A stretch of DNA of 64,000 bases. Source: Klebsormidium nitens (Eukaryota > Plantae > Klebsormidiophyceae). Each line of letters opens with the position of its first letter. Position 1 is the first letter of the stretch. Both the position numbers and the translations under genes were made by a program. The notes beneath the pieces are model-generated. The model saw nothing but the letters and a program-made list of their open reading frames with translations. It did no database searches and had not been told where the DNA came from. Of this stretch, positions 1-13,611 are shown piece by piece. Location of the stretch: positions 72,563 to 136,562 of the forward strand of contig DF237177.1 of NCBI GenBank assembly GCA_000708835.1. Reading direction: 5' to 3'.

Positions 1-1692
1 ATCAGAAAAGGCCGAATGTGCCCTCCAAAGAAAACAATACAGTCGCTAAGTTCATAAATCTGCTCACCACTGCAGGGCCACTGCATCACATTTCAGTCGT
101 TGCAATCTGCATGGAAAGAGCTTCTTGCTTAACATGTATTGAATTACCTTCGTTACTTTTCTTTTGAGTCGGCTAACTGTCAAGACAATCGGGACTTCCC
201 GTCACAAGCCTTCCCTGCTGAGGCCTGTTGGCGAGCGTTCGTTGCTTCTATCGCTTGTCAAAAGAGAGTGTTGAGAAAGGGTTCCTCGATTTCTCAACTA
301 AGTCTTAGGTTCTTGACATTGGATAGGCCCAGTTCGAAACTTCAATCTCTAAAGCATTTAGATCCGATCAGCAAAGGGAAGAGCTTTGCCGCCTGGCTTA
401 GGACGGGGGTGCATTTGCCTTCATTCTGAATACTCTGGATTGTCGAAAAAGGTCGAGTCAATGGAAGAGCTTATCCTTGGAGATCGACCTTTTCCAGTAA
501 GTCCCTGTGACTGATTCGCTACGGCTGCCATGAGTCAGGCATCGGTTCCGACGACCAATTGATATGAATCGAATCCAACTCGACGGTCATCTTCCTGTTT
601 GCTCCAATCTGTTCCTTTGACTGAAGAATGTATACTATCTTATCAGCATAGTGACTCCACTCTTATATTGCTAGTGCCCAACGTCAGGTATAAGTTCCAT
701 CGAAGCAAGCTCTTGTAACACAGCGTTAGCCGCATAGCTCATAAAGCTCGACGCTCTATCGTCGATCAAGGCGTCTAGTAAAATCTCGCTTCATCTTCAA
801 CCCTGTGGGCGACTGCAGCTACTTGGGAATTACAGTATCTCTTCCGAAGGATCTTACAAAAATCACAAAAGCAGTAAGCATATGTAGAATGATACACGGT
901 CAGAATTTCGTATGATGTGCATGGCAATACAGGTGGCACAGCAGCAATTCTCGCCGGCAAGGAAGTCTGCAACGTGGATCAGTCAGATCGGAATATCCGC
1001 CAAACTGTACTTTTAAGCTTTATAAGCTCTATAACTGCAGTGAAGCTGCTTCTCGTACGAGGTAATATCTGATCATCAGAGCTGGCGAAGTCCTTGCGAA
1101 CGAGTAAACGGCTTTTGAAGGATTCCAAGCAATCTCGGGATCAACGAACAAACGGAAACATGGAAACACCGTGACTGGTCACTGACAGTCACAGCACTAT
1201 ATCTGCGTGGTGAATACTAAGCGCTTGAGGTTGACCCTACTTATCAATAGACTTCATAAAATAATCCCTGCCTTGCCGGATGATGCATCAACACTGTCTC
1301 AAACAAAAGTTTCTGCATCGGAGGGGAGTGACTCCAACCACAAGGCAGGCAGACTGGTTTCGTTCCGTCTTCCTGCGCATACCAGGCCTTGATCCTCCTT
1401 GCAGGAGCGCCTAGGGAGCGCTTCAGGTGAAAGCATTCGCAATACAACTCGTTTGCCCTTGAAACGGCACGGACAAGCTCCTTAGCGGAGGGCGGGTCCC
1501 GTTGGATTTCCTGAGGTTCCCCCTCTCCGTGCTGTGGCTACCCTTTGGTTCTTCACGGGGGCTATTCCTCCTTGTAAGCCTTTTCACAAGCTGCTGTTCG
1601 GCAATCTGCTGAACTAATCTTGCTTCCGAACACGGGGTACTTCCCCAGGACTGCCCCAACCTTTGCAAACAACGGGAGATTCTCAAGGGACA

Positions 1693-4244
1693 ATGGTAAA
1701 CGAGAGGTTTCTCTACCTGTTGACATGGGTCGTTTTGGTGGGCTTAATGATCAGCGACCTCTCCTCGAGGCGACATCCTGCCCCAGCGAAGGCGGGCTTG
1801 GTCGCCCTTTCGGTGCCTCCTACCAGGGACTGCGAGCAGCGGCTCAAGATGATCACTGCGTGCCACGTGGCGGGGCAGGCGTGCTGCCACGTGTTCCAGG
1901 AGGCCAACGCGAGGGGCTGCTTCTGTTACCTGGCGAGTAAGTGTCAGCAGAGTCAAAATGCTGCTCAGTGAGATCGGGCTTGGATTGCTCATGATGTACT
2001 AAGTACGTCACTGCAGCAGATATAACACTCATTCTCTACTTCGTCAAGGGATGGAAGCAAAGGCAAGCTTCTCCGTGTGAGCCATATTCGTTCACCTTCT
2101 TGAGGACTTCTTGATCATATGAATTTAGGAGCAGAGACTGATTTCAATGGCGTATTTAAACACTTGAATCTGATGTTAGTTTTCAAAGGGCAGGTGCCAA
2201 AGCAACCAGTTGACCACGAGAGCGGGCTAGAAATTGTAAAATACATGTGACGTTTCCTTGAGAGTACTCTATCTGTCGAATTTCAAAAGCAGAAGATGCG
2301 AGAAGGACTTCAACTTCGGCAGTAGATATTAGCATTGAAAATCAGTCGACTCTCCTTTTCGAAGGCACCGTTCGCATCAGTCGTTGATGCCGCAAGGAGC
2401 CGAAAAGCGGCTAAACACGAGCACGATTTGATCTTCCTTCAGATAATAAAAGTCTGTGATGTATCCATCCGATCCTGATTCTTTAGATTCCAAAATTCGG
2501 TAGAGTGATGTCAAGACGAACGTCATTGTGCTGCATCACTTGGAGCTGCGAAGACAAAAAACATTGCGGACGCAATGACTTTGACAACATTTGTTGTGGC
2601 CTCATCCTTTTGTAGCCTTCGGATATCTAATGACGACTTTCACGTCTGTCGTGGATCTGAGCTGAAAGTTGTCTCTATTCTGTGAACTCAGACTTCTCCG
2701 TGGAGGGGGCGATGTCCCTGACGTCAGCCGACGTCGCGGCTCTCGCATCGACCTGCGCGGTCCCCTACGTCAGCGTACCAGGTGCTGACACGTGTCCCTC
2801 TGCCCCGCGCTCGCGCTTCCCGGCGGCCCACCTTGAGATCGTCATTCTGTTCGGTTACGTCCGCACCCCGGCTCTTGGCGCGCGTATTCACACCTTCCTG
2901 GCGCCGGTGACTTCGCGTTTCGCCCGAGGCGTCTGGTCGGAGGTGGGAATAGGCCCCGGACGCGGTTTGGGGGATCCCTCTGGCGGTCCGTTTGCTGGTC
3001 ACACAGCCCAACGAAGTGCCCGGGGGATGCTTCCGGGCCCAGAGGCTGAATTGAGAACGAGCCTTTTGGAAAGCGCGTTGTGGAGCTTGCCGCGGGGACC
3101 GTTTCTAAACGGGAAGAAGCAATTTGAGACGTCTGCGGAGCAGTCCATGGTTCTTTCTTCCGGTGCGGTTCGGCGCAAAGACGTCGGTGAGAAAGCGGTC
3201 CTTCCGATCCTCCCGGAGCAAGATTCCGTTGCCGGGGAGGGTTCTCGAGCAGATGAAGAGCGGAAGGAGCGGAAGCGGAGGCTGGCTACAGGGAGCTTCG
3301 TCGGAGGAGCGGACTTGCTGATCAGCGACGAGTCTGGCAGCTCCGGCGGAACGGTTTCATCGGAACGGAACGGGGTGTGGCACAAGGGCACGTTTCATGC
3401 CGCAGATAACCGTGACGTGAGGTTGCGAAAAAAGAGAAGCCCATCGAACGAGGCAGACTTTGATGTAGCAACCGTCGAGGCCTTGATCCGAAGCGAGTTT
3501 CTTGGGGACGTGCTTCCCGAACGTGACGTTTCGACCACGAAGTCGCCGGACTCCGCGAAGACAGAGCTTTGCACCGGAGGGGATTCCGCTCGTTTCGCTC
3601 GTTCCGCTCGTTCCGCTGAGCCCCTCGGCGGTGGCAAAATGGATACTCTTCCTGACCTGTCGTCCCCGTCAGCCAGAGACGGGGGCAATGAGCGGATTGA
3701 CCGAGAACCGAATGAGTTGCAGCACGGGCCGTTCACAGTAAAGGACAAAGGTCCTTCGGCAGACGAACTAGACTGGGCTTACTTTGCCAGTGTGCGACAG
3801 TTGCAGCAATACCGGCAGCATACGGACGCTTTTCTGGCACGCCAGGGGTCAGTTCCGGACGCGCAGGAGAGCGGAAGCGGAAGGCAGACGGACGGAAGCG
3901 GACGTCCGGAACCCGCGGAGGAGCCCACTGTAGGTAGGTTAGAATCAATTCTCTCATGTTTGCCGTTTCTGACTCTTCTCGAGGTATTGGCCTTGGTCCT
4001 TCACCTTGCTTTTCCGTCTCCTTTCACCGTTGTCCTGCTTCGGTCCCCTGGTCGGCAGCGGAAGGAACGTCCGACGCGCGTAACGCGAGCGCAACTGTTG
4101 AAAGCAACGTACGTGGGAGATCTCCTCTTCGTGTTTGCAAGGCGGGTTGCACCAAACGGTTCAATCATTTTGTCTTGCCACATCTTTTCAGAGTCAAGTA
4201 ACGAGGCAAGTTACCTCAGGCGTACATCCTCACTCGCTTGGTGA
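1693..4244 (+). CDS. nsLTP/prolamin-like eight-cysteine-motif protein with N-terminal signal peptide and long disordered C-terminal extension. Exon 1 is 1693-1936; exon 2 starts at 2692; the 3' structure is uncertain, with a possible donor at 3934.
   Basis: Hydrophobic N-terminus FLYLLTWVVLVGLMI. The donor GCGA|gtaagt at 1937 joins the acceptor ctcag| at 2691 in frame (phase 1). The spliced product reads C-x9-C-x6-CC-x10-CFC-x24-C-x12-C. Confidence 0.6.
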
Positions 4245-4389
4245 GGGTTGAAACCTGGCCATCAGGATTGCGAGCCTCATCGGGCTTTACTTAATCTTCT
4301 CGCATTTGATCAGAATGGTTTTTCCCAGTCACAGGCGTCGCTTGAGCTGTCGCGGTACTTCATTGCACTGTTGACGAGAAGATGATGTT

Positions 4390-5064
4390 TTGTTGCAAAC
4401 ATTCCATCGAACTCGTGACGAGAAGATAGTGTTCGCAAACAAACCTTACAGTCCCTTTGACGCTCTGCTCCAATCCCTCCACGCGCAGATGATGAGGATT
4501 CACAAATCGCCCGGGACCCTCGCCTGGAACGTCTCTCCAACGGGCCGGTTGCGGCCTTACGCGCCCAGTCATCCGCCCGGGCATCATCAACCGACTTACT
4601 TCCGAACTTACTCTCCGACAAAAAGCAGCCCGGTAGGAGCTCCCGGCTTCCCTGGATCGCCCAAGTCGACTCCAATTTTCCAAGCGACCTTCCGCTTCTC
4701 AAACCGACTTCCGCACAGAAGTCTCCGCTTCTCATCGCACTCAATGCTCCAGAGGACTCCCCCTCGCCCCCAGAAACCGCTCCCCCACCCCCCGAGTTCT
4801 TCCCCCCTCTCGTTCCGGAACCACCGCCGCCAGCCCCCGGAACGGAACCCCCTCCCTCCTCCTCCCCCGGAAACCAGTCCCCCCTCCCCCACCTGGAGCT
4901 TCACCCCCAACTCCTCCGCCCCTTTCGCCCCCCCCTCCGCGCGCGCAACCCCCTCCCCCGCGTGCGCATCCCCCTCCCCCGCGTGGGCACCCCCCTCCTC
5001 CAGCGGGAAAGCCTCCTCCCCCGGCCGCCCCTGCGCCTGCCCCGGCTCCGTCGTCTGCTTTTAG
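4390..5064 (+). CDS. Pro/Ser-rich low-complexity ORF, possibly a downstream exon of the preceding gene
   Basis: 224-aa ORF whose 3' half is a C-rich, PPSP-like tract. No recognisable domain and no splice junction established. Confidence 0.25.
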   Translation: MLQTFHRTRDEKIVFANKPYSPFDALLQSLHAQMMRIHKSPGTLAWNVSPTGRLRPYAPSHPPGHHQPTYFRTYSPTKSSPVGAPGFPGSPKSTPIFQATFRFSNRLPHRSLRFSSHSMLQRTPPRPQKPLPHPPSSSPLSFRNHRRQPPERNPLPPPPPETSPPSPTWSFTPNSSAPFAPPSARATPSPACASPSPAWAPPSSSGKASSPGRPCACPGSVVCF

Positions 5065-6449
5065 AATTGGTCGGGTTGATTCATTGTCCTTATGGCAAGT
5101 CCTAGTTGCGCTTATGGTGGGATACTATCTCGTGGCGTTGCTCTAATTGATGCGGGTGTCTACCGGAGTACACGGTTTGACGCCGTGTGGGTTGAAGGAA
5201 AGAGTGAGGGATTGCTTCTCAAGAGCGTAGGATTCGCACGATAGGAAAGTGTCGTTAGAGTCGGATCAAAGCGGTTGCAGGATAGTCTCCTGATACGTTT
5301 CACTCTTTTCCAAGGACCACCCGCCGTCAGTGTGATCATACGGAACGACAGTAGATTCACTGCTGTTCAGTATTGCAGAATCGTTCTTCCCAAATACCTT
5401 GCACTCGACGATTCAGAAAGATTCGAGTTAACCAAGTCGACAAATTAAAGGCATCAGGTGCTCATCAGGTGTTTGTCTTCATGGCGGTTGACCCTGGACA
5501 TTTAGGGGGCCCGAAACTCAAGATGGGCCCACACTTTTCAGATCCACTCAGAGTTTTGTGAGTACGTACTATGCCAGATGGGATCGACAGCGTCTGTATT
5601 TGCCTGCGCAATGCGCCTGGGGGAAAGCTTGACGGTGAAGCAGCTGGCATGACCTTGACAGCTAAGCTCAGCCATGGTTTGAGACGGCAACAATTATGTG
5701 ACAGGCCGGCGGGCTGCAATTATGAACCTGTGCCATTAAAATTGGCCATCATGTTGCTGCTGTCACCATGAGCTCTGATGTCAGCGTGTGTTTGCAGGTT
5801 GTATCAACGTCTAGGTCATCTTAATCAAGTACACGTGCGTGCATGCCGCGCTTCAATCAGGGTACATTTATACTGCTCATGCATCATGCTTGTGTACCTA
5901 TAGTATGCGCTTATGGTCAACTAATGCCTTAATCAGAACTGATAGCAAGACCGCGCGGCCTAGTCATCGCCCCAGTCAAGCGTACGCAGCTTAAGGAGCT
6001 GAGCCCAGTTGATCTGCACCGTGACAGTGCTTGACGAACAGCGACCCAAAGTCCTAAGGCGCCAGATTGCAATCTGTCATAAGAAGCTGTCTGTTGGTAC
6101 GTGACAAGCTCTGAAGTCATCGAAGTACTATCCTTCGAAAGACTGGTACTCAAAAAGTAACATAAGGATTGGAAATTGTAGCAGAAAGTCTTCTTTGGCA
6201 CAGTTATGAGAAGCGACTCGTCAAATCGACAGAATAGGTACTATGGAAACCTGCATTCAATCTGACGCCTTCATAAATGACTTCGGCAGCTTTCACTTCT
6301 AGACTGACAAGCTGTCTCATGTACATCGTATTTGATGTATGCAGATTGATTTTAACTTCTTTTTTACTCTGGGAAGCCGTTAACAGCCTCCATGTTAAGA
6401 TTGGTAAAACAGCGGTAACAACGTACGTTCGCAAGTAATGTATGGTCGA

Positions 6450-8305
6450 CTATGAGACAGCCGGCATTGCTTGTCTCAGCCGTGTCTTCAGCTGCTCCGC
6501 CTGGCCCCGAAGATCCTGCTGGAGGAACTTTGAGCGAGCCTGTACCACAGATTGACTCACAATCAGCTCAAAAAGACACCAGCAAGGCACAGGGCACAGT
6601 ATCCCGATTGCTGTAGGAGGTAAAACAGCGACCCGAAGTGTTCTTGAGCTGGCTGGGAACATGTTCCGGGATCATTTTCTAGGCAGGAACTCTGTCTCTT
6701 TCACCATCATTGAGATTTTTCAGTAGCCAGATAATAAGGCTATCTGCAAAGGAGCCGATCCTTGCGCAGTCGCTATCAAAACCAGAAGTAACATAATCCC
6801 AACTCATGAGCAGGGACTCAAGTGTGCGAGGCATGCGCTTGTGGTAGTGAATTGGTTCACCGAGGGCACAAAAAGATGCGCTGATGTACCACGATTGGCA
6901 CACGGGCTGATTGAGACTCTTTAATCTGCCTGGAAGAAAGCTTGCATATACAAAGAAAAATCGAAGGTCTGGATTCGGAGGCGAACTGCAAAAAGCGTAT
7001 CTAACACAGTCTCTTTTGGCGCTTTCACTGACCATCTCTCAACCAAACACTCCAAACGGGCACCGAAGCAAGTCGGCCAAAGACGTATGGCTTCTTCAAC
7101 CATAGGGCGTCAGTGCTTGCAGAAAGATTACCTGTATTCGCTGAACAAGCATGTTGCATTCAAACTCCAAGTACTGCTCCACCGTCATGTCGTGCGGGAC
7201 TGGAGGCCCAATGGTCACTTGCAGAAACGTGCGCGTCCCCAGCCGGATTAGATCACCAGCTTGCAACCGGATCCGGCCGTCTGGATAGGGGAGCAAAGTA
7301 ATTGTACATCATAAGCGTGGAAGTTTCCAGCTTCGATGCCATGGTGCAAGAGGTGCAACGCCTCATACTTGGACGGACAGGCGTGTTGTCTGGCAAAGTG
7401 TTGCTTGTGAGGAAATGCAGAAGCAGGCCCATTATGGAACACTCTGCCAATTGAAAAGCAGTCCTCAAAGTGAAGTAATGTTGCAGCCTGTTTCATTGCT
7501 CTTTAGAAGGTTTGCTTGCTTTTCATCCCCAACCGTTCTGCCGGCCCTTCTGCAGGCACTTTATGAAAGATATTGAGGGATGAACGGAGCATGGGAGTAT
7601 TCATCAAGAAGCTGGTAGTAATAAAACAAATGAAAGTGCCAGAATGCATTGACATACCTGCATCTTCTGCTGCCGGCTGTACATCTCTTCCATTGACTTG
7701 CGTGCCATTTGAGCTTCCGAGGTCTCGAATGGTCCAGGAGACGTTTACCCACTCCAGAATCGCGTGCCTTTCTGAGATCTGCGGGAGACTTTTCTTAGCA
7801 TATGCTTAGAAAAAAAATCCAATGCTAATGCTCAACAGGTATGTCACCTCCCTACTCGGCGCTGTCAATTTGAATGTAACAAGCACAGCTGCAGGAAGAA
7901 GTTTAAGACATTCCAGTGTTGGTTCCTTTGCTACTCCTGACCTGACATCGATCAAGCTGACCCCCCAATCCTGGACAAAGGCTTCGCTTACTGACAGACA
8001 CCTCATTCACAAGGCACAACTGCATGACACAAAACAGTTGCTGTCTGTTGATCGTCATTCATAAAGCAGTATGTGACTGGCAGGGTGCATCAATGCTTGC
8101 AACTTACGGAGCTGTCCTGGAGATGCAGAGTGCTCTTCTTTGTCCTCCCAACCGTAATGCTTGCTCCTTTGGCCATGAAGGCTTCTTTTGTCTTGCATGG
8201 TCCAGCAACTACCTCCAGTGCGAGATTGTCCCTTTCCCGTCTCTGCTCACCAGCAGCCGGAGCGCTTGCTCCCTGTCCGTTCATTGCGTCTCTGATTGCC
8301 GCCAA
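6450..8305 (-). CDS. FHA (SMAD/FHA) domain protein, 4 exons: 8305-8108, 7778-7658, 7280-7132, 6539-6450
   Basis: The spliced protein has the FHA hallmarks TVGR, SERH, DLGSSNGTQVNG and LQAGDLIRLG. All three introns are GT-AG and keep the frame. Confidence 0.9.
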
Positions 8306-9215
8306 TTACCCCACTATGGGCCGGCGTTGCATACAGTCAGTTGCAATAGGTGAGAGTCCGTGGAAGACAAGCCGGCTGGGTTACGTGAAGGCCTTTCAAT
8401 CTGCCCTTGCAATTTTCAAAGTCGCGAATGCTGTTTTATGAAGTCCTCCGCAGAGGGTTTTGCTTTTGGTGCTACACGATTGTTGCACTTCCGAGCGCTT
8501 CTCCAGCCTCTGCTCGCAAGTCACAAGTCATTCTCCACGCTCCAAGTTGGCACCAGACAAGCTTGCGCTAGGGGCATACGGTTCACCGTTCAATTCCGAA
8601 AGGCCTCAGCCAATTCCCTACCTAAGTGTTGATCCTAGAAATCATTCGCCCGGCTCCACCATCACCACGCCGTCCACTTCAATGTCAGCCTTGGCCCTTC
8701 AGTGCTTCAGCCTTCAGCTTGCTATCGATCAATACGGTAGAAAACAACGTTTTACCTTTTGCGCCCACTGGCAGAGCTCTCGTCGAAGAACCATCGTCAC
8801 GAAAGAGACTCGTGAGTTCGATGCAGCGCGTTCGACGATATCCAACTGGGCAATTTTTGAAAGTTTGAAAAGGTTCACGATTGCTCAAACCCTATGATCG
8901 ACGGTCTACACCACTTTGATCGACGGTTATCAAGCTTCCTTCTGTGACCAACTGGCATCTACGATGATGCCACGTGCTGACTTCTCAGCAAGCCAGCTGT
9001 CGACCACTGACTGGCCCTTTGCTCTCTTCGCCATGGTGCTGAAGGCTGAACATGTGAATGTGAATCCTAGCTCTGCATCGAAGCTGCATTGCGCATTGCT
9101 TGAACTTGCTTCACAGAAGCGTCGCACCAAGGCCGCAAGATACTTCTTTGTTGTGGATTTGCGCTGTGGATTTGCGCTGCCTATCAGAAGATATTGGGGC
9201 CATCTTCCCCGCGCA

Positions 9216-12200
9216 ATGTCCGTTTCTTCTCGCGCCTTTGCTACATCGAGTCCTACGCACATTGCAACCGCGGCTACATCCTTCATAACCGAACAGAACC
9301 AGGTGTCGGGCTTATCGTTGATCTCTAGAACTGCTTTTAATCCGAATCAGTGGGCCATCAGAAAACTACTTGATCCTGCTCCCAAGTTTCAACGTAGACC
9401 ACTTGGCAAACAAGTGTTCATACTCAAGGCAATGGCGACCGAAGGAAATGCTGCCAACGTAACTGGCAAAGTGTCTCCGCGCCTGATGGTTGTGTCGGAT
9501 CTGGACAACACGATGGTCAGTATTTCTCTGCTTCTATTGGTCCTACTTAAGTCATCTTGCATGCAGGATCTTTGTAGACAGTGTGAATCCATATCACGAA
9601 CGCGTTGCTTGAAATAGCAGTACGGCTACACTGATTAACGACAATTCTTTCAGTTGTTGCTTCAATAGAACATGTCCTGCATTTCAAATGTCCAGATCCC
9701 CGCACTGTAGTCTGTAGAGCTTGACCAGCTGGCTTTCAACTTTGAACGGTCTGGATGCCTCAGCTAAGAGCCCGAGCCCTCCTGGATCACGATGTTTCAA
9801 GTGGGGTCAGTGGCTCTTCCTGCTGCAAGAGTTCGGCTGTCAAAACATGAAAAGGTAGGCGACAATGCAGAAGATCGCTTCGAATGTGTTGCAACCTGGC
9901 TCGTTCGCCACATTATTGCGGAATGTTTCTTTGACCTCAATACTTCACCATTTTCAGGTAGACCACCATGATCCCCCGAACGAGCGGCTCCAATCTTTCA
10001 ACAAGCTCTGGGAGTCGGAGTTCAGCCACGATTCGCTCCTCGTCTTCAGCACAGGCCGGTCTCCAGTTCTGTATGAGCAGCTGCGGAAAGAGAAGCCGCT
10101 CCTAACGCCAGGCATTGCCATCACGAGTGTTGGAACAGAGATTGTCTATGGGGACACGTTGCAAGCAGACAAAGGTTGGGAGGAAATCTTAGATCAGGGC
10201 TGGGATCGCAACAAGGTTGTAGAGCTGACGAAGAAGTATCCAACCCTGAAATTGCAGGTGAGGCTGGCAGGAATTTGATTTGATTGTCCAGAGTCTTGCT
10301 GCTATCTTCTTTGTCCATAAGCATTCTCACCTTTTGCCAGTCCGTACAAGTCCACCTCTGGAGTGACTACTCTCAAGCATTGACAGTCTTCCTGCAATGC
10401 AAACCAGATTACCAGCAATTCGATGAATTCTGCTTCCAGATAGTTGATGGGGCTTTACTGGCTGTATCCTTCAGTGGTGGCTGAAAACGCAACAACTTAA
10501 TCCAGAGGTGCATTTTAGGAAGTCTTTTTCTTCGATGGAGTAGGACGCATTTCAAAAGAACGATCCACCATACACCATACTCTACACTGTACTAGAGGCA
10601 ATAGCAGCCTTCTCTGTAAGATCAACTCAGGCTCAATGCAAAATGTTCCCCCATCAGATGGGGGGGTCAGATGTTGTATCAGATGGTTTGCTTTGCTGAC
10701 TCTGCAGGCAGACACTGAACAGCGACCACATAAGATCAGCTTCCACATCGAGAAGTCTGAAGCTCAGAAGGTGGTTCCCGACTTGACGGCAGCATTTGAG
10801 CGGGAGAAGGTGAGTCGCTACAATTCAGGACGGTCTTGCTGTACAGGCCGAAACTTACCCTATCAGGAGGCTCAGAGGGTTTTTATGGCAAATGCATCTG
10901 ACAAATGCTCACGAAGTTCTTACTTCAGGCCTCCATTGTATCCAGAAAAAGTAATTTGTCTAAATTAGACATCTGGGGTGGCACAATGTCACACTTGTGA
11001 ATCTAAACTTTCATATTCCCATGAAAAGTGACCAAGAAACACCAGTTGGACATAAATGTACTGCACACTCGAGTTTACGTTCGAGTGAGTCGACCTGGCG
11101 CAGGAATCTGAATTCAATCAGTATTCAGACAATGCTTCTCGGACTCAAGTGCACTCGGTGTATCGTAAGCACCTTGTCTGCGCTCGCGGGCGAACAAATT
11201 GATGCGTCGAAACAGAGGTTTGCACTCTAGGACCGAGTATCTGCTTGCCACTGTAATCCTCACATTCAAGTGTCCTCGTACTTCTCCGGTCATTGTTAAT
11301 TCTATTAACCGACTTTTAGAGTCCTCCCAGGATCTCTTTGCTGTCAGACTGTATGGTTGGGACACACTGAAGCCATGTGCAGAGAGCCGCTTCTGGTTTT
11401 TTGATCTGCATTCGATTCTTATCTCAATCTTTCATCTCACAACTCTGCAGCTTGCGGCCAAGATCATCTACAGCGGTGGCTATGACCTCGACATCCTGTC
11501 TCAAGCCGCTGGCAAAGGGCGTGCTCTCGCATATCTGCTGAAGAAGTTCAAGTCTGAGGGCCGCGCCCCAAAGAACGTGCTGGTCTGCGGAGACTCCGGG
11601 AATGACATCGAGTTGTACGAGGTTGAGGGTGTCAACGGAGTCATCGTAAGTGTCGTTGGTTCTTGTCTCGTTTACCCTGTGGTATACCGCTCGTGAGGGG
11701 TGTGGGGGTTCGTGGCGCTGATTCAGCAGGCTGTTGATCTGTTACGAATCATTGAGTAGCACTTTAGGTGCACAGCTACACCATTGTCAAGTATGAAGGA
11801 CACCCACTTCGTTTGAGCATGTGCGGTAGCAGGATGGGGTGCAGTTGCCTCCAGTGTCCTACTGCTTCGAAATCGTTTCTCTTCTAGAAAGCGAATCGTA
11901 CATCAGTACTAAGAGGTTGAACTCTGGAGGTAGATGTTGGAAGCGTTGTTGGAGGACGCAGGAACGAGATTCTTGCACCAACCTTCTTCGGACCGGTGTT
12001 GATCAGGACGAAGTTATGGTGCTGCTGCAACTGAGTTCTTTGACACCATTTTACAGACAAATGTCCAACTGCTCTCGTATTCGTGAAGCAGACACGTCTT
12101 AGACTATTCAACACACTATTTTCATATCGTATCGAAAGCGTTTGCATTGCTTGCAGGTTGGAAACGCCATGGAGGAGCTGGTGTCCTGGTATGACTCCCA

Positions 12201-12294
12201 AGCAGACAAGGGCCACGTCTTCAGAGCCACGCAACGGTGTGCTGCGGGAATTGTGGAGGCCATTAAGCACTTCAAGTTTGATAGCTCGAGTTGA
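9216..12294 (+). CDS. SPP: Sucrose-phosphate phosphatase (HAD IIB, S6PP domain). Exons: 9216 (or 9432)-9515, 9958-10257, 10708-10809, 11451-11645, 12157-12294.
   Basis: HAD motifs [53 protein letters not shown] and [15 protein letters not shown] junctions are in frame. Confidence 0.93.
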
Positions 12295-13611
12295 TGACTT
12301 GAGTAGCCAGCTTTTGACAATGGTTTGCAGATCACAAGTCCGCTAAATGAAAGCCTCAGGTTGAATGACATGAGCGACTGTATATTATGCAGAGGTGAAT
12401 CTTCTTGAGAGGCCACCCGACCTCGGATTCTGAAGCGCGGATTGATGGAAATCAGATCCCAACACCACATGGCGGCATCCGTGCAATTTGTAAGCAATCA
12501 TTGTCGACAACTATTGGATATAGAAGAAAGACGCCGCGCGCTTTGCCTCTTGGGGTTTCAACAATGCATGTGTGCTGCCGGGACAATCACCAGTTCAAAT
12601 CAGTTTTGGACATCTTGCAGACTTATCTGATTGTCAGGATTCTCTCGCTTCGACATGCAAACCCAAGCTTTGACTGGCAATTCACCTGCATATAACCGTG
12701 CTCACCGGTATATGCATCACACATGCATTCCTTATGAAACCAACGCTCCTTATGTGGTCGGCATTAAGCCATGCGGCCGATCATAAAAGCGACATATCGC
12801 GTCCCTTCCGTCAGCTCTTTGGGCTCATTATGTGGTCGGAAGCCATGCGCAGAGCAAGGCGATGCAATAGTTGAAACATTCTTAATTGAGTCATTCCTTG
12901 CAGCGGCCAGCACTCAGATGAGCCTCGGACTCGTGGAGAGTCATGCGGGCAGAATGACAATTTGCGCGCGCGTGAGCTTGCAGCAAAAAGGAAGGCCGGC
13001 CGCGCCTGGGCCGCGGGCGCATTGCGCCCGCTGCGCCGTTCATGATCTTTGCGCGCCGCGGGCCCGTTCGATCGCGTTCAAGTTCTCACACAGGTCTCGC
13101 AGCATCGACGGTCGACGGGACCTCGTCTGTTGCAACATCGATCGAGCAATTTGAACGGCTCAGAAAATTTTCAAACTTTGAATGGCGACGCTCCTCAAAT
13201 CCGGTAGGTGCCGTCCTGCTAAACAGAAATTGGTGACTGGCCAAGGGCCTACCAAATGAAGTTCGGTGTTAAATAAACGGTCACGATCGCTCCTGACCGA
13301 TCGGACGGTGCACGCAGGGTGATGAACGTGACGGATTCTGCCGGTGCCGGTAAATATTGCTGCATGACCCGCAGAGGACGCCACGTCAGCACCCCCCGAC
13401 AGTGGAATCCGAGCCTTTTCGATCATGGTCCGTCGAACGCTCGGGACTTAGGGCTAAGCGACTGGGCATCACAGCCAAGGTCGGGGCTCAGGCACTTAGA
13501 GAGAGGCCGCGGAGTCCAAAAGGCAAGTTCGAGGGCCCGGTAAAAGCGGACCGGGTAGCAGCAGGCAGGTGGAGGCGCACGGGGGCTTAGGGAGGAAGAG
13601 GCGTGATAACC

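Noticed and set aside
1-1660. Short ORFs in the first 1.6 kb
   Set aside because: No recognisable motifs or supported exon structure.
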